Positions 26,048 to 40,631 of a stretch of DNA of 64,000 nucleotides are shown here, one piece after another. Numbering within the stretch: the first letter of the stretch is position 1; each line of letters starts with the position of its first letter. The position numbers were made by a program, and so were the translations under genes. Source of the stretch: Octopus vulgaris (lineage: Eukaryota). The stretch lies in contig OX597818.1 of NCBI GenBank assembly GCA_951406725.2, positions 9,424,001 through 9,488,000 on the forward strand, written 5' to 3'. Below the pieces are notes generated by a model. The model worked only from the letters and a program-made list of their open reading frames with translations. It was not told the origin of the DNA and did not search any database.

Positions 26048-26699
26048 CACAACACAAAAACACACGCGCGCGCACAAACACATATGTGTATATACATATA
26101 TACGAAAAAATTAAGAATATTTGTATCGCGTATCGCTGGCAGATATATGGGTGGGTTTAGAAGATATTGGTATGTTCAGTGTAACCTAACCATTTTATTA
26201 TCTCTCTCTAATCCACATGCTTTTTCTCTGTAACTCTTAGACTGTTTGATGCTATTATCGCCATTAAAATGATCAATGGTGACAATAAACTTTAAAATTC
26301 ACCAGATATTTCTTTTCAAGCATGGTAAATCTTCTTTTGTTCTTCAAACTTTGGAAGAAGGGTACGATTCTGACTTATCATTTTATCTCTGAAAGGGTGT
26401 TTTGTTCTTTTTTCCATCTTATCTGTTTGTTCATGTATTAAAACATTTGATCAAACTTGTTTTTGTATACAAAAGCGTATATAGACGGAAACAGACAAGT
26501 TTATATTGATGTAAACTGGTATATGCTCGCACGCACACACACACACACGCACACACATATGTACACACGCATTTGCAATCATATACATATGTATATAGTG
26601 ATGTGTATGTATATATATATACATATATATTACGGAGATGTACTTGCATAGCAAGTGACCTGATCTGTGATCGTGTGCCGGAACGAAAACAATTGCAGC

Positions 26700-26796
26700 G
26701 TGGAAGGAGTTTATAAGCCATTGAAGAGACACACAAAATACGTTAGTGAATCTAACGTATTTTGTGTTTCTTCAATGGCTTATAAACACCTTCCAC
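26700..26796. repeat. Near-perfect 45-bp stem, 5-nt loop hairpin
   Basis: GTGGAAGGAGTTTATAAGCCATTGAAGAGACACACAAAATACGTTAG-tgaat-CTAACGTATTTTGTGTTTCTTCAATGGCTTATAAACACCTTCCAC. Confidence 0.92.
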
Positions 26797-26812
26797 ACAC
26801 AGACACACACAG

Positions 26813-26927
<115 letters not shown>

Positions 26928-27230
26928 TACAAACATGCATATATACATATACAAACACACATACGCACACACATATAAGTTTCCAGAACTTAAACAGAAA
27001 CGCAACATGGGAGGAACGGAAAATTCACACAAATGACCTAGACATACTCTTCCTTCGTTAGTTATCGTCCTGAAAATCATTACAATTTCACTCCTTGAAC
27101 GATAATATTGTTCATTTTCTGTGGTGTCAACAGCGAATAGCTGCTAGCAATATTAGGGGAATGATGGTCACAGTGACCGAAACAAATACGAACACGATAC
27201 TTGTGTAAATGTAAATATACAAACAAAATA

Positions 27231-27392
27231 GTCACAGGCGTGGCTGTGCAGTAAAAAACTTTCTTCCCAGTAACATGGTTCTGGATTCAGTCCCGCTGCA
27301 TGGAATTTTGGGCAAGTGTCTTGTACAATTGCATCGGGCCGGTCAAAACCTTATGAGTGGATTTGGTAGACGGAAACTGAAACATGCTGGTA

Positions 27393-27450
<58 letters not shown>

Positions 27451-27690
27451 ATGTGTGTGTGACTGTGTGTGTGTGTATGTTTGTGTGTCTGTGTTCGTTC
27501 CCCCAGCATTGCTTGACAAACGATGTTGGTGTGTTTACTTACCCGTAACTTAGTGGTTCGGCAAAAGAACCAAGAGAATAAGCACCAGGCCTGCAAAGAA
27601 TAAGTGCTGGGCTCGATTCATTCGAGTAAAAGCGGTGCTCCAGCATGGTCGCAGTTAAATGACTGAAACCAGTAAAAGAATAAGAGAATA
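27231..27690 (+). mobile_element. SINE family A
   Basis: Head, internal (TA)n(TG)n and tail as in 10401. Confidence 0.85.
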
Positions 27691-28374
27691 AAATAAAGTA
27701 TACGTTATACAAACGAAATACAATCCGTGGGGTTCTGAGAAAGACAGGATTGTATATACATAACGCAATGAAAAATGTCCTATAATATGCGAAAGATGAA
27801 AAGATAGAACAAAAAGTAAAATGAACAAACGGCGGGGAAAAAAACAAAAACAATCATGAAAATAAAGAAAGCAAGGGGCATGAGTCGGCGATCAAGCGGG
27901 AAAATGCAGTTGAAAAGAGAAAGGGATATGGTCACAGATCACATAGTTAGTGGGAGGTGAGAGAAAAAGTGGCAGAGGTCACAAGGAGAGAAAAGCACAG
28001 AGAGCTAAGGTGATGAGAGAGGAAAGGAGAGAGAGGAAGTGAAAAGAGAGAAGCAGGGGACGACGCTCAAGTGAAGATTAGCGTTTTGCGTAGCATTAAA
28101 CAGTGGAGTGTATTTACGTTTCTTATTAGTAATCGGCAGAAACTGCAGAATGATTCAAGGGCCGAAAGTTACGTACGTTGGCACTGGTCAACACGCTAGA
28201 CTCTCGGCTCCTAAGGCATCCTGTAACTTTTTGCAGATAAATAATAGCAAACACACACAAAAAACACGCGCGCGCGCGCACACACATGCATGTATATATA
28301 TATGTATGTATGCATGTTTGTGCCTGACATATTTTCACACGCATGTGTGATGCATGTATATATATTCATTTATT

Positions 28375-28696
28375 CAGCTATTTGTAACAGTCATATGATT
28401 GCTGCCATGGACTTATTCTTTGCAAGCCTAGTACTTATTCTGTCAGTGTGTTTTGCCGAAATGCTAAGTTACAGAGACCAGCATCGGATGTCAAGCGATG
28501 GGGGGGGGGATAATCACAACCGCACAACCGCACGCACACATACACACATATATAGATATATACGACGGGTTTCTTTCTGTTTCCGTCTACCAAATGCACT
28601 CACAATGCTTTGGTCGGCCCGAGGCTATAGTAGAAGACACTTGCCCAAAGGGCCACGCATGTTGATTGGTAAGCAAGCTACTTACCACACAGCCAC
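28375..28696 (-). mobile_element. SINE family A (internally deleted)
   Basis: TTTCCGTCTACCAAAT, TTGGTCGGCCCGAGGCTATAGTAGAAGACACTTGCCCAA and CTTACCACACAGCCAC are reverse complements of family A motifs. Confidence 0.82.
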
Positions 28697-28848
28697 AGTA
28701 TACTTACCATACATACATACACACACATATATATATATATATCACACATACATGTACATATACACACATATGTATATATACACACATTATATATACGCAC
28801 ACACATATTTCCCGCACACAAATACACACACACACATATATACATACA

Positions 28849-28912
<64 letters not shown>

Positions 28913-28947
28913 GAAAATAAGACAAGGTAGAAATTGCTAAAATAATT

Positions 28948-29099
28948 TTATCAGGAAGAACATTTTTGCACCGGTTTCAGCCTTTTAGACTTTTCAACAT
29001 AGAATAATGTAACAAAAAACATTAAATTGTGGAAAATTTAATTAAATACTTTTTTTTAAATATTTCTATAGTCTTGAAATAGGTGTGACATTTTCCGTT

Positions 29100-29138
<39 letters not shown>

Positions 29139-29356
29139 TTCATTTATTTATTCAGATCTGCTACTACATGCCAAGCCAGCACAAAAATAAGAGAGAAAGA
29201 CGAAAAAAAAGGAAAATGTCCTCCCTATTTCAAGTCTATGGAAATATTTTTAAAAAAACACTTTATTCAATTCTTCCACAATTTAATTGTTTTTCATGCT
29301 TTAAGTTGAAAAAGTCGAAAAGGCTGAAACCGGTACTAAAACATTCTTAATGATAA
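28948..29356. mobile_element. Inverted-arm element with a decayed hammerhead in each arm
   Basis: 28948-29099 is the reverse complement of 29203-29356; the right arm has tTGAAaA-AGTC-gaaaa-GGCT-GAA-ACCGGT-A (29306-29335, plus) and the left arm a homologous motif (about 28968-29000, minus); spacer has (TTTA)n. Confidence 0.75.
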
Positions 29357-30149
29357 GATGTTCCTTATACATATTAACTCATGTGTTACTTTTCAACTTT
29401 CTACATATATATTTATATTTATGTACATATGTATATACATATATATACATACATACTTAAATACATAAATGTTTACATAAATAGATTCTTACATACACAC
29501 ACAACAGACGGATAGCCGGACAGATGGACAGACAGACAAATGAGCGTGTATATACATATCTGTATGTACTTGCATACATGTATACATATCCATTTCTGAG
29601 AAACATACACACAGACACACACAGTATATATATATATATATATATACATATATATATACGTTTATATGTAATCATGTATATGTGTAAGCATACATGGATA
29701 AATATACATATGTGTGTATATGTGTGAGTGTATTTCATTCTTTCTTCATTCTGCTGCTTTCTTCGAAAACTACTTAATTCAAACGCCTCTAGAAAAACAA
29801 AAGAAGAGGAAACGAAACAAGTATGAATTAAAGACTTTTCTAATCAATTGATTTTTTTTTCTAACTATATAAATAATATAAACGTATTTAAATTATATAA
29901 ACACGAAAATATATGTTAAAATAAATATATATTGTGCGTATGTGCGTGCTGGTATGTTTGTATGCATATAAAAATTTGAAAAAATATTTAAAAATCTTTG
30001 TATGAATATAAAATTATGTAAATAATGTAAACAAATATGAATCTAAGAACATAATATTCAGAAAATAACAATAAGAACATCAACCGAAAACTAGAAGCAG
30101 AATTGATATTTGTACGAAAAGTCACATTTGAACAAAGGCGACCGAGGAG

Positions 30150-30383
30150 AGAGCGATGATGATGATGATGATGGTGGGGTGGGGGTGGGGTGATGTGGTT
30201 AATGTCGAAATGTGAAAGAGGAAGATAATTATAAGCGAAATATTACTATAATGACGATCATTGCGTTGAACATGATTTTAGTGCTGATAAAGAATTGGAT
30301 GATGATGATGATGATGATGACGACAACCATGTTGTTCATGATGATGATGATGATGATGATAGTAATAATAATAATAATATTAA

Positions 30384-30438
<55 letters not shown>

Positions 30439-32871
30439 TGTAGTAGTAGTAGTAGTAGTTGTAGCTGTGGTAATAATAATAATAATAACAAAGATGTTGC
30501 TGATGATGATGTCGGCGACGATGATGCTAATAAAATAATTGAACAAACAAAGAGATTGAAACAATAATTTATAGAAAACATCGTTTTCTATTTAAAAGTG
30601 AAGTTAGGTTCGGTAGTGGGGGGGCATGCAAACAATAGCTTTTCTTTTTCATATATATTAAGCACATACACGCACACACAGTAAACAACACACACACACA
30701 CACACAACACTCACGCACAAAGACAAACACCCACACATACAAACACAGGTTGGTGGTCACACACTGCGCGCAAACACACAGTCACAAACACAGACATATA
30801 CACATAGACCATCACATAATCATATTCAACAATCACATACTCACACACGCAAATTTTCATACATACAGAGATACACAGTCATATTCACACACACATATAC
30901 ATAGCACATACACACACAAAGAAACAGAAGATAAATTAGAAGCATTTTGTTGTAGTGTCATAATAAAGTTGTTGGTGTTTTTTTTTTATATTGCTTTCGT
31001 TATTTTTATTTCCAATAAATATATTGATTTTCTTCGTTCAAGTTCTAGAATTTTGTTATTGCATTGTTAATTGTCGTCGTTATTACCATCATTCTATCCC
31101 CACCTCCTCATTTACCCTCTCCTCATTGCTATCATCGTTATCTGCTTCGCCGTCGTGATTATCATAATAATCATCAATGCAATCCTTATCCTCTTCTTTG
31201 TGCAATTCTTCCTTCCTAATATCATCGCCCTCGTCTACTTCTTCTTCCACCTGCTCCTCTACCCCCTCCACCTCCTCATCATCATCATTGTTATCGTCGT
31301 TATCGGTGGTTGCGCCATCGCCGGAGCTATCCTCTTCGTCGTCATCATAATCGGTGAAACAGCACCGCCGTCATCGTGCTCTTCGTTATCCATGTCCTCT
31401 TCTTCACATCTCTTCACGTTCTTGTCACCGTTATCAATACCTTCATCGTCGTCATGTGTTCGTCGTCGTTATCGTTGTCATTGTCGTGGTCGTCGTCGTC
31501 GTCGTTGTTATCATTATCATCAGCATCATAATCATTGTCTTTGTGTCGTCGTCATCGTCATCAAGTTCATGATCATCGACGTCCTCGTCATCGTCTTCGC
31601 CCCGTGGTCGTGATCATTATAGTTGTCGTTGTCGTCATCATCATCATTGTAATTGTTTCCATTACCCTCGTTTTTGTCAGCATTATCATCACTATCACCA
31701 TCATCAACATCATCATTGTCATCATCATCATTGTAATTGTCCCCATTGCCTTCATCTTTGTCAGTATTAATTACCACCGTCACCATCATCATCATCATCA
31801 TCATCATTGTAATTGTCTCCATTGCCCTCATTTTTGTCAGCATTATCACCACCATCACCACCATCACCATCACCATCATCATCATCATCATGCTCGCAAC
31901 CAACACAACAACCACCAACGCCCATACTACAACCGTTGTCGTCGCCATAATCATTTTAGCACCAATATGCTCATCGTGATCAACTGTTATTATGAAAAAA
32001 CAATAGCAACGATAACAACAAGTGCAACATCAAAGACATCGATAAATAATAACGAAACACATGCATATAAGACAAGGTGTTTGTTGCATGTGAAGCCCAG
32101 TGATTCGCTATATGATTGATCGTAGAATTACGTCTGCTGAGCTAAATCTGTTGATCCATTTAATCGTTACATCTGAACCTGCTCAAATGGATTTCGCTTC
32201 CAATTAATTGGCGCTTCATTTAATATGTACCAGTAATACTCTGGAATTTTATATCAAATCAACTACACTCTATCATATACTTATGTTTCTGTGTTGCATT
32301 ATGATTGTAACGTAATATTGCTGGTAGACGTCGTTGTGCTTTTCGTAGAGGTGCTGCTGTTTCTGCTAGTAGTGGTGATGGAGATGGTAGTGATGGGGGT
32401 GATGGTAATGATGGTGAGCAGGTGGTGGTGGTGGTGGTGGTGGTGGTGAGTGAGGGTGCGTTGCAGGAGATGACAATTGGGGAAATGTTGGTGGAGGTGT
32501 TGTTGTTGTTGTTGTTGGTAGTGGTGGTGGTGGTGGTGGTGGTGGTGAGTGTGGTGGAGTTGTTGAGGTAGCAAAAAGCAATAGGTGATTGTGGTATTGT
32601 CATTCGTGTTAGTGGTGAGGATGGTAGTGGAGGCGCGGGGTTGTGCCTATTAGTGTTGGTGACAGTAGTATTGGTTAAATTGACATGGAATTCGTGGGTG
32701 GTCGTCGTAGGGACGGTGGGGAAATTCACGATGGTGGTAGGTGCCGGGCAAGTACGGAGCTGGTCACGATATTGTCGAACAATAATGATCAGAACAAAGA
32801 TGATGGTGATGATTATTATGATGATGGTGCTGGTGGTGATGATGATGAATATGATGGTGATGATGATGACA

Positions 32872-32909
<38 letters not shown>

Positions 32910-33345
32910 GATGGTGACGACAGCGATGATGATGGTGATGATGACGACGATGACAATGATGACGATGATGGTGATGATGATGTTGACAACGGTAACGGTG
33001 ATGATGATGATAATGATGATGATGAAGATGGTGGCGATAACGATGATGATGACGACGATGACGAAGATGACGATGTTGGTGATGATGATGTTGACGACGA
33101 CAACGGCGACAATAAAGATGATGATGAGGCAGAGGAGGAGAAGGGAAGGATAAGGATGATGTTAATGATAATGATGATGATCATCATCATCGTCATAATC
33201 GTGAGAACTGCATCAGTGGTGGTGTGAGTAGTGTTGGTGAGAGTGTATGTTAGATGGTGAGTGCGTTGGTGATACTAGTGATGGTGGTGGTGGTGGTGGT
33301 GGTAGTGGTGGTGGTGGTGGTGCCGGTGGTGCCGGTGGCGCTGTG
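30150..33345. repeat. 3.2-kb trinucleotide low-complexity domain
   Basis: (GAT)n, (AGT)n, (CAT)n, (GTC)n and (GGT)n tracts; source of many homopolymeric ORFs. Confidence 0.9.
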
Positions 33346-33685
33346 GTAGTCTTGTAGATGATGGGAATGGTGGGGATAGGGGCATGACTTTTCTCGTGGT
33401 TCTCTTAATAATGGCGCCGATGATAAAATTATTTATAAAATATTATAAACAAATTTATAAAGTGCAAATAAAATAAAATAAAAATGAGTGTGCGTGTGAG
33501 CGCTTGCACATATGTGCGTGTGTATGCGTGCATGTGTGTCAATATATATCTATATACCTATGTGAGTGTGCGCATGTGCATATACATACGCGTTTGTCTG
33601 TACATGTCTGCATGTACGTATGTATGATCATGTATGATTAAGCACATGTATATATGTGTGCGCATGTATATATGTATGTATTATG

Positions 33686-33717
<32 letters not shown>

Positions 33718-33749
33718 CGTGTTTGTGTGTATACATATATACAGACAGA

Positions 33750-33827
<78 letters not shown>

Positions 33828-33859
33828 GATACAGACACATACGCATCTCTCTCTCTTTA

Positions 33860-33893
<34 letters not shown>

Positions 33894-33925
33894 ATATATA
33901 TATTATATATATATATGTACATATA

Positions 33926-33965
<40 letters not shown>

Positions 33966-35854
33966 CATACATACATACATACATACTTAAATACATACAC
34001 ACATACATACATATACGTATACATGTACACATGCATGTTTAAACTGTTTTCTTTGTTGCTATGGGAACCAAATAGCGAGGGATCGTTGACAAAGAAATCA
34101 CTGATAACTGCAGGAGTTAAGATAGAATACAGGAGGTAGGAAGGACACTGAGAGAAACAATGAAGATAGAGATAAAGACAAGGGGGGGAAGTGAATAGAG
34201 ATGATTAAAGACAAGTAGCATATATTGAATGATAAATTGCAGAGAGATAGCGAGAGATAGAGGAAATGAAAGAGTGAGAAAGTATGGGATGAGAGAAAGA
34301 GAGGTAAAGTGGGGGGGGGAAGTTGTGAAAGTGAAGGGATATTCTTTAATAAAGTTAGAATTGATAGCGACAAAGAGAGAACAGAGAGATCAAGAGTGGT
34401 AGAGATGAAAAGGAAGAGAGGCAGTGATATAATGAGTGAAGTTGAAATGAAATTTCGAAAAGGAAGCGCAGAACAAGGGAGTGAGAGAAACTAACAAAGA
34501 AATAAAGAAACAACTAAAAAATAAAAGAGTATGAGGAGCAAGAGAATGAGAAAGGAGGAGAGGCGAATGCGTTCGAATGCACCAGCTTTTCTAGAGAATG
34601 TTATGAATGAACATAAAAGTCCATGCTCTATATGTCTGTGTGTGCTGTATACATGTGTGTGTGTGTGTTTGTGTGTTTATTTGTTTGCGTGCGCTTGTGT
34701 GTGTGTATCCTTTGGAATTCTCATTTCCTAAAGAATTGATACTTTCCATAAAAAAATATTGTTATTTCTTGATTTCAATCAGTCTTTGAACATTTCCATT
34801 TGGCTCCCTCTGCACTTTGGAATCTCAAGTCTGGATTTCAGAAGTTTGATTCGAAAATAATAATAATAATAAATAATTTAAAAGAAAAAATAAATATAAA
34901 ACTACCACAACTTTTGAAATTTAAAACTATGTCAGTCTGCTATTTAAAAATTCTATACATTGTAATTAGTTTTGGTTCTATCTTCAATTACAGACACATC
35001 CAAAAGTGTGTGACGTGTATTTTTATGGATGAAGGTTCTCTTAATTATTGGCACCAGGTGGCTGAATGCGGTTAAATGTTAATTAAGAAATTAATTATAA
35101 TTGAGGAACTAAAAAAGAACGGGATTATAGGCCTGGTGAATCACTTTCCTATGCACAGAGCGATATTTAGATTCGTACCTTTCAGTTTTATGTTCAAGTC
35201 TCCCACCATCCTTTGCCTCTCTCCTCTTCAATAGGAGTCAGTGAACTACATACCATTGAAGCAATGAGTATTGTAGTGATTTTCCAGTATGGAAAACTAT
35301 ATTTTCACGAACCAGTCAGCGGTAATTCGACTCGCTAACAATGTTAGCGAGATCTTCAGTTTTAAATTTCACATTTTGAATAACTGCTTTGTAATAAAGT
35401 TTTGAAATGTTGATGTCTACAAATGAAACGCTTGCTGCCATGTCTCTTTGATCAGGTATAATCATCCATCACTGACTTCTGTACATGCATACATACATAT
35501 ATACATACATACATACATACATACATACATACATACATACATACATACATACATACATACAGCCGAAGCAGGCTCTGTGAAATTGACTTTTAAGATATCA
35601 ACCGCTTCATTAATAGGTCCCCGATAATGTTCTCCCATTATTACTTACCTATGAAACAATGTCGTATCCTGAACATTATATAAGGAAATCTGTGGAAAGC
35701 ATAATTATTACATAAGGAAATCTGTAGCAAAAATATACGTTTGAGACGCTACAGTAATGTGGAAAACATAACTAGACATAATTTGTAAGAATACTTCTCA
35801 ATCGTCCGTGTCAAGATTTCGGTAAGTTTGTATCACAAAATCCTTTAAGGAACT

Positions 35855-36638
35855 TATTTCTTTATTGCCCATAAGGGGCTAAACATAGAGGAGACAAACA
35901 AGGACAGACAAAGGGGGTTAAGTCGATAACATCGATCCCATTGCGTAGCTGGTACTTAATTTATCGATCCCGAAAGGATGAAAGGCAAAGTCAACCTCGG
36001 CGGAATTTGAACTCAGAACGTTGCAACAGACGAAATACCTATTTCTTTACTACCCACAAGGGGCTAAACACAGAGGGGACAAACAAGGACAGACAAAGGG
36101 GGTTAAGTCGATAACATCGATCCCAGTGCGTAACTGGTACTTAATTTATCGACCCCGAAAGGATGAAAGGCAAAGTCGACCTCGGCGGAATTTGAACTCA
36201 CAACGTAACGGCAGACAAATACCTATTTCTTTACAGCCCACAAGTGGCTACACACAGAGGGGACAAACAATGACAGACAAACGGATTAAGTCGATTATAT
36301 CGCCTCCAGCGCGTAACTAGTACTTATTTAATCGACTCCGAAAGGATGAAAGGCAAAGTCAACCTCGGCGGAATTAGAACTCAGAACGTTGCAACAGACG
36401 AAATACCTATTTCTTTACTACCCACAAGGGGCTAAACACAGAGGGGACAAACAAGGACAGATACATAGATCAAGTCGATTACATCGACCCCAGTGCGTAA
36501 CTGGTACTTATTTAATCGACCCCGAAAGGATGAAAGGAAAAGTCGACCTCGGCGGAATTTGAACTCAGAGCGTAACGGCAGACGAAATACGGCTACGCAT
36601 TTCGCCCGGCGTGCTAACGCTTCTGCCAGCTCGCCGCC
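35855..36638 (-). mobile_element. Tandem tetramer of SINE family B (Meta/Sauria-like core)
   Basis: One tRNA-like head (GGCGGCGAGCTGGCAGAAGCGTTAGC, minus) plus four about 184-bp bodies containing GCCTTTCATCCTTTCGGGGTCGAT-like cores; units start near 35855, 36040, 36224, 36408. Confidence 0.9.
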
Positions 36639-37269
36639 TTATCCTATAAGAATCTGGGACCGAGAAAATAAACTGTAACAGATATCAACATAATGTTAAA
36701 GTTTAGTGGAAAAGAAAACATCTATGTCGAACTCTCAAGAATCTGCAGTTACTCTATATCCTCTATAGCTCTTATATATGCACCAAAAATTATCGGAGCT
36801 CTTGAATATTGAACTGCCTCAATACTACACTTGAAAATCTTCACAACCGTTTCTAAAACATAGAAAATCTAGTAAGTTCAGCACTAAATAAGATATACAT
36901 ATGCATGTTCACATACGCCTTTATTTGCATACATACATATATATGTGGTTGCGTGCGCGTGCGTAGGTGTATATGTGTGCCTACACACACGTATGTGTGT
37001 GTGTGTGTGTGTGCATATGCGTATGTATAATGTTACATGCGTTCATACTTATTTACATATATAGTTCATACTTATTTACATATATAGTTCATATATACAA
37101 AGAAGACTACAGGGTATTTTTTGATGTTGCCTAATTTCCAATGAAAGTGTCTTGTTCCTAGGCTTGAAACCTGGTTTCTTTTCCGTAGTTGAAATATCTG
37201 AAAAATGGAAAACATTAAGGAACATAAACACAGATATATACACATATGCACTTATATATTTTTTTTCAG

Positions 37270-37462
37270 ATTTTGGCACAAGGTCAGTGATTTGGGATAA
37301 GTCGACTACATCGACCCGAGTATTCAACTGGCACTTATTTTATCGAGCTCTTAAAGAGGAATAGTAAAGTCGACGTCGACGGAATTTGCGGAGCGTAAAG
37401 ATAGAGGAAATGCTGAGAAGTATCTCGTCGTACAAAGTGTTAACGATTCTGCCAGCTATCCG
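37270..37462 (-). mobile_element. Degenerate SINE family B
   Basis: AAGTCGACTACATCGACCC...AAAGTCGAC...GGAATTTG...TAACGATTCTGCCAGCT matches the 35855 units. Confidence 0.65.
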
Positions 37463-37464
37463 AC

Positions 37465-37500
<36 letters not shown>

Positions 37501-37545
37501 GCATATATATCTATATATGTGTATATATACGTGTGTGTATGTATG

Positions 37546-37644
<99 letters not shown>

Positions 37645-38072
37645 ATAAAATATGTGACACCTATTCGGTAGCCAAGATAAAACTCTGTGTTTCGGATGCC
37701 GAGGTGGAAATCCACACCACCATCTCTTCGATTATCTGGCCATCTGAAAACCCTATGAAGAAAGACCGTTATACAAAGGGAAATTACTGTGCTATAGACC
37801 GCAACTTATACAAAAGCGCTAATTCGAACGACCGCTAATTATGATAAGGTTAAAAGTTCATAGTAAACACGTAAGCAAGCCTGTTCATACGTATACACGT
37901 GCGTACGCATACATTACTATGAAAACGTACATATCTTCACTCGCATTTTCGCCAAATGTATATGCATATATATATATACAAACTCATACACACACACGAG
38001 CACCGTAAAAGTTTATACATACGTCTACATACGCTTAGGTACAAGAAAAAACAGGGTTGGATATAAATATAC

Positions 38073-38466
<394 letters not shown>

Positions 38467-40631
38467 ATATATATGAAAATAACTGTAAAGCCATAAATTA
38501 GATGAAAGGTAGAGCAGAGAACGAAACATCACAGAGACGAGACACGACACCTCATACGACAAAAGTATTTTACTAAAGAGATAAAATGCCGCTATTAATA
38601 GCGTTTTAATTGCACTTATGAGACAGCTAACAAAATGGTTGAGCAATTATGTGACGTCCTGCTTGTCGATTTTAGTATTTGATTAGTACTGTATCTGTGA
38701 TCCGACCATTTCTACTGTGGGCATACGTTTCTTGTGACGGAGCATTCCAGATCTCTATTTACCACATTCTTATTCGAATGGTAGATATGTCAACCTGCAT
38801 AAAGTATTTGTCATTCACAAGTTATGTTACTTGTAAAAGAAATTTAATGTAGCATTGCCACTACCTTAATATGTGAGTTATATCATCTACCTTATTTATT
38901 CAAGGAAAGTGTGATGCATTTAGATATTGGAGATAAGCGTGCTGAACACAGACATGATGTATCACTAGCGACGAGATAAGCTATAAACATGTCAGTCGAC
39001 CCTCTAATGAGGGCACGCTGTTTTATAATTTACTAACTATGATGTATAAACTATTATTTATGAACGTGAACAATTTGAAGAAGATTTGGCAGTTATATTG
39101 AGCAACTGCAAGATTCTCTCTCCAGCTGATTTGAGTGTTATTGCATAATTAGTGATGATGGGTTGCTGTGGATGAAGCTTGTAACAGCAGCTTGTACTGA
39201 TGCTGTTAATGCTGTTTAGTATTGAAGAATATAGAAGAGATGGCATTAATGTTGCTTGTTGGTGCAAATTGTTGTAACTCTTGTTGCCATTGATGTGGTT
39301 GTGATGGTGTAATGGTAGAGTGATATATAAATTTTTATTTGGTTATGGTAGTTCTAATATGGCGATAAACGTGATGACAGAAATATATTCAGATGGCGTT
39401 ACATATAATTAGTTTTATTTGTGTGAAGTGTGGATGTTAATGATTACGGTCATGTTAATTTTAATGTAAAAATGTGAATCCTTCCGGAAGTCTCGAGTGG
39501 ATTGGAATGGTTACTGATTAACTCTGGATTTATCAAGGTAAAGTGTTGTGAGACAATGCCGGTATATCGCCACTAACATTCACAGGTAATTTGGTACACA
39601 TTCCCCGTTGAGAGAACAGGCAACCTTAGCTTTCTTGTCTCTGCTGGTGTACAATTATAAGTAGGACAAGCTTCATATTCGCTGATATTAATCGATTCCA
39701 GAGCTGGTTTTCACTCAGTGTTTCATCTTAACTCACCGAATCTATGTCCTAATTGCCGTTGAGCCTCTATAAGCCGAAAAGTAATATTTATCTCCCACTT
39801 AAGCATGGATGTTCAGTTAGAAAAAAACTATACTACGGTAGATACCATGAAAGAAACATTTATGTTGTTGATTTTTGTAGTTGTTGTTGTTTCTTTTGTT
39901 CTTGTTTTGATTTTTGCTGCAAAATACAATCTATAAGCCATTTACTTAGCAACTGTTCAAAATTTTTTAATAAAAGATAACACCGATAGTTACAGAAAAT
40001 AACTGGGTGCGCATATGTTCCGCATTTTGTAACTGTTCCAATTTGATTTATAAATATATAGATACTCATATTGTTCCATTGTTTTACATGTTTTGGTTAT
40101 TTCTTCCTTTTCGTTCTATAGTTATTTTCTCTATACCAAAGATTTCGAATATGCATTCGCTTTTGTTCTATTGTTAAGATCATTATTAGAACAAGACCAG
40201 AACACATATTACAACACTAATGCCATAAAGCTAGAAATTTCAGACGAACTAATTTACTAGTATTTAATTTATTGCTCCTGAAAAACCAACGGGAAGACAA
40301 GTCCGAGGGGATATACTTGTTAGTAAATATTTTCGAAAGTTTTTGAACAATACTAATGATTTATACGGATGGTAAGTATTGCATATAATCAACCCAGTAT
40401 TAAATACTGCAAAAGCAAAAACGGAAACTTTACGTAGCCGCTCGACCTACAACAAGTAGCAACGAAATTCCCCAGATTTACGCTTTGCTGTCATAGAAAT
40501 GAAGATCACATTAGATAATGTGTTCATGTGTGTAGTGTGGCTAGGAAAAGACATTCTAGTTACGTCTGAAATACCTTGGATTTTGTGCCTACTCAATCAG
40601 AAACGATGTAGCAATAGAATATAGCGATGAA

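Noticed and set aside
28290-28940. 216-aa ORF, the longest in the track
   Set aside because: Read-through of an antisense SINE and (TA)/(CA) microsatellites.
31071-33227. Several 140-190-aa His-, Asp-, Met- or Ile-rich ORFs
   Set aside because: Trinucleotide low-complexity DNA lacking stops in several frames.
35855-36638. Regular tandem array that could be mistaken for CRISPR
   Set aside because: 184-bp SINE units with no unique spacers and no cas genes; eukaryotic context.
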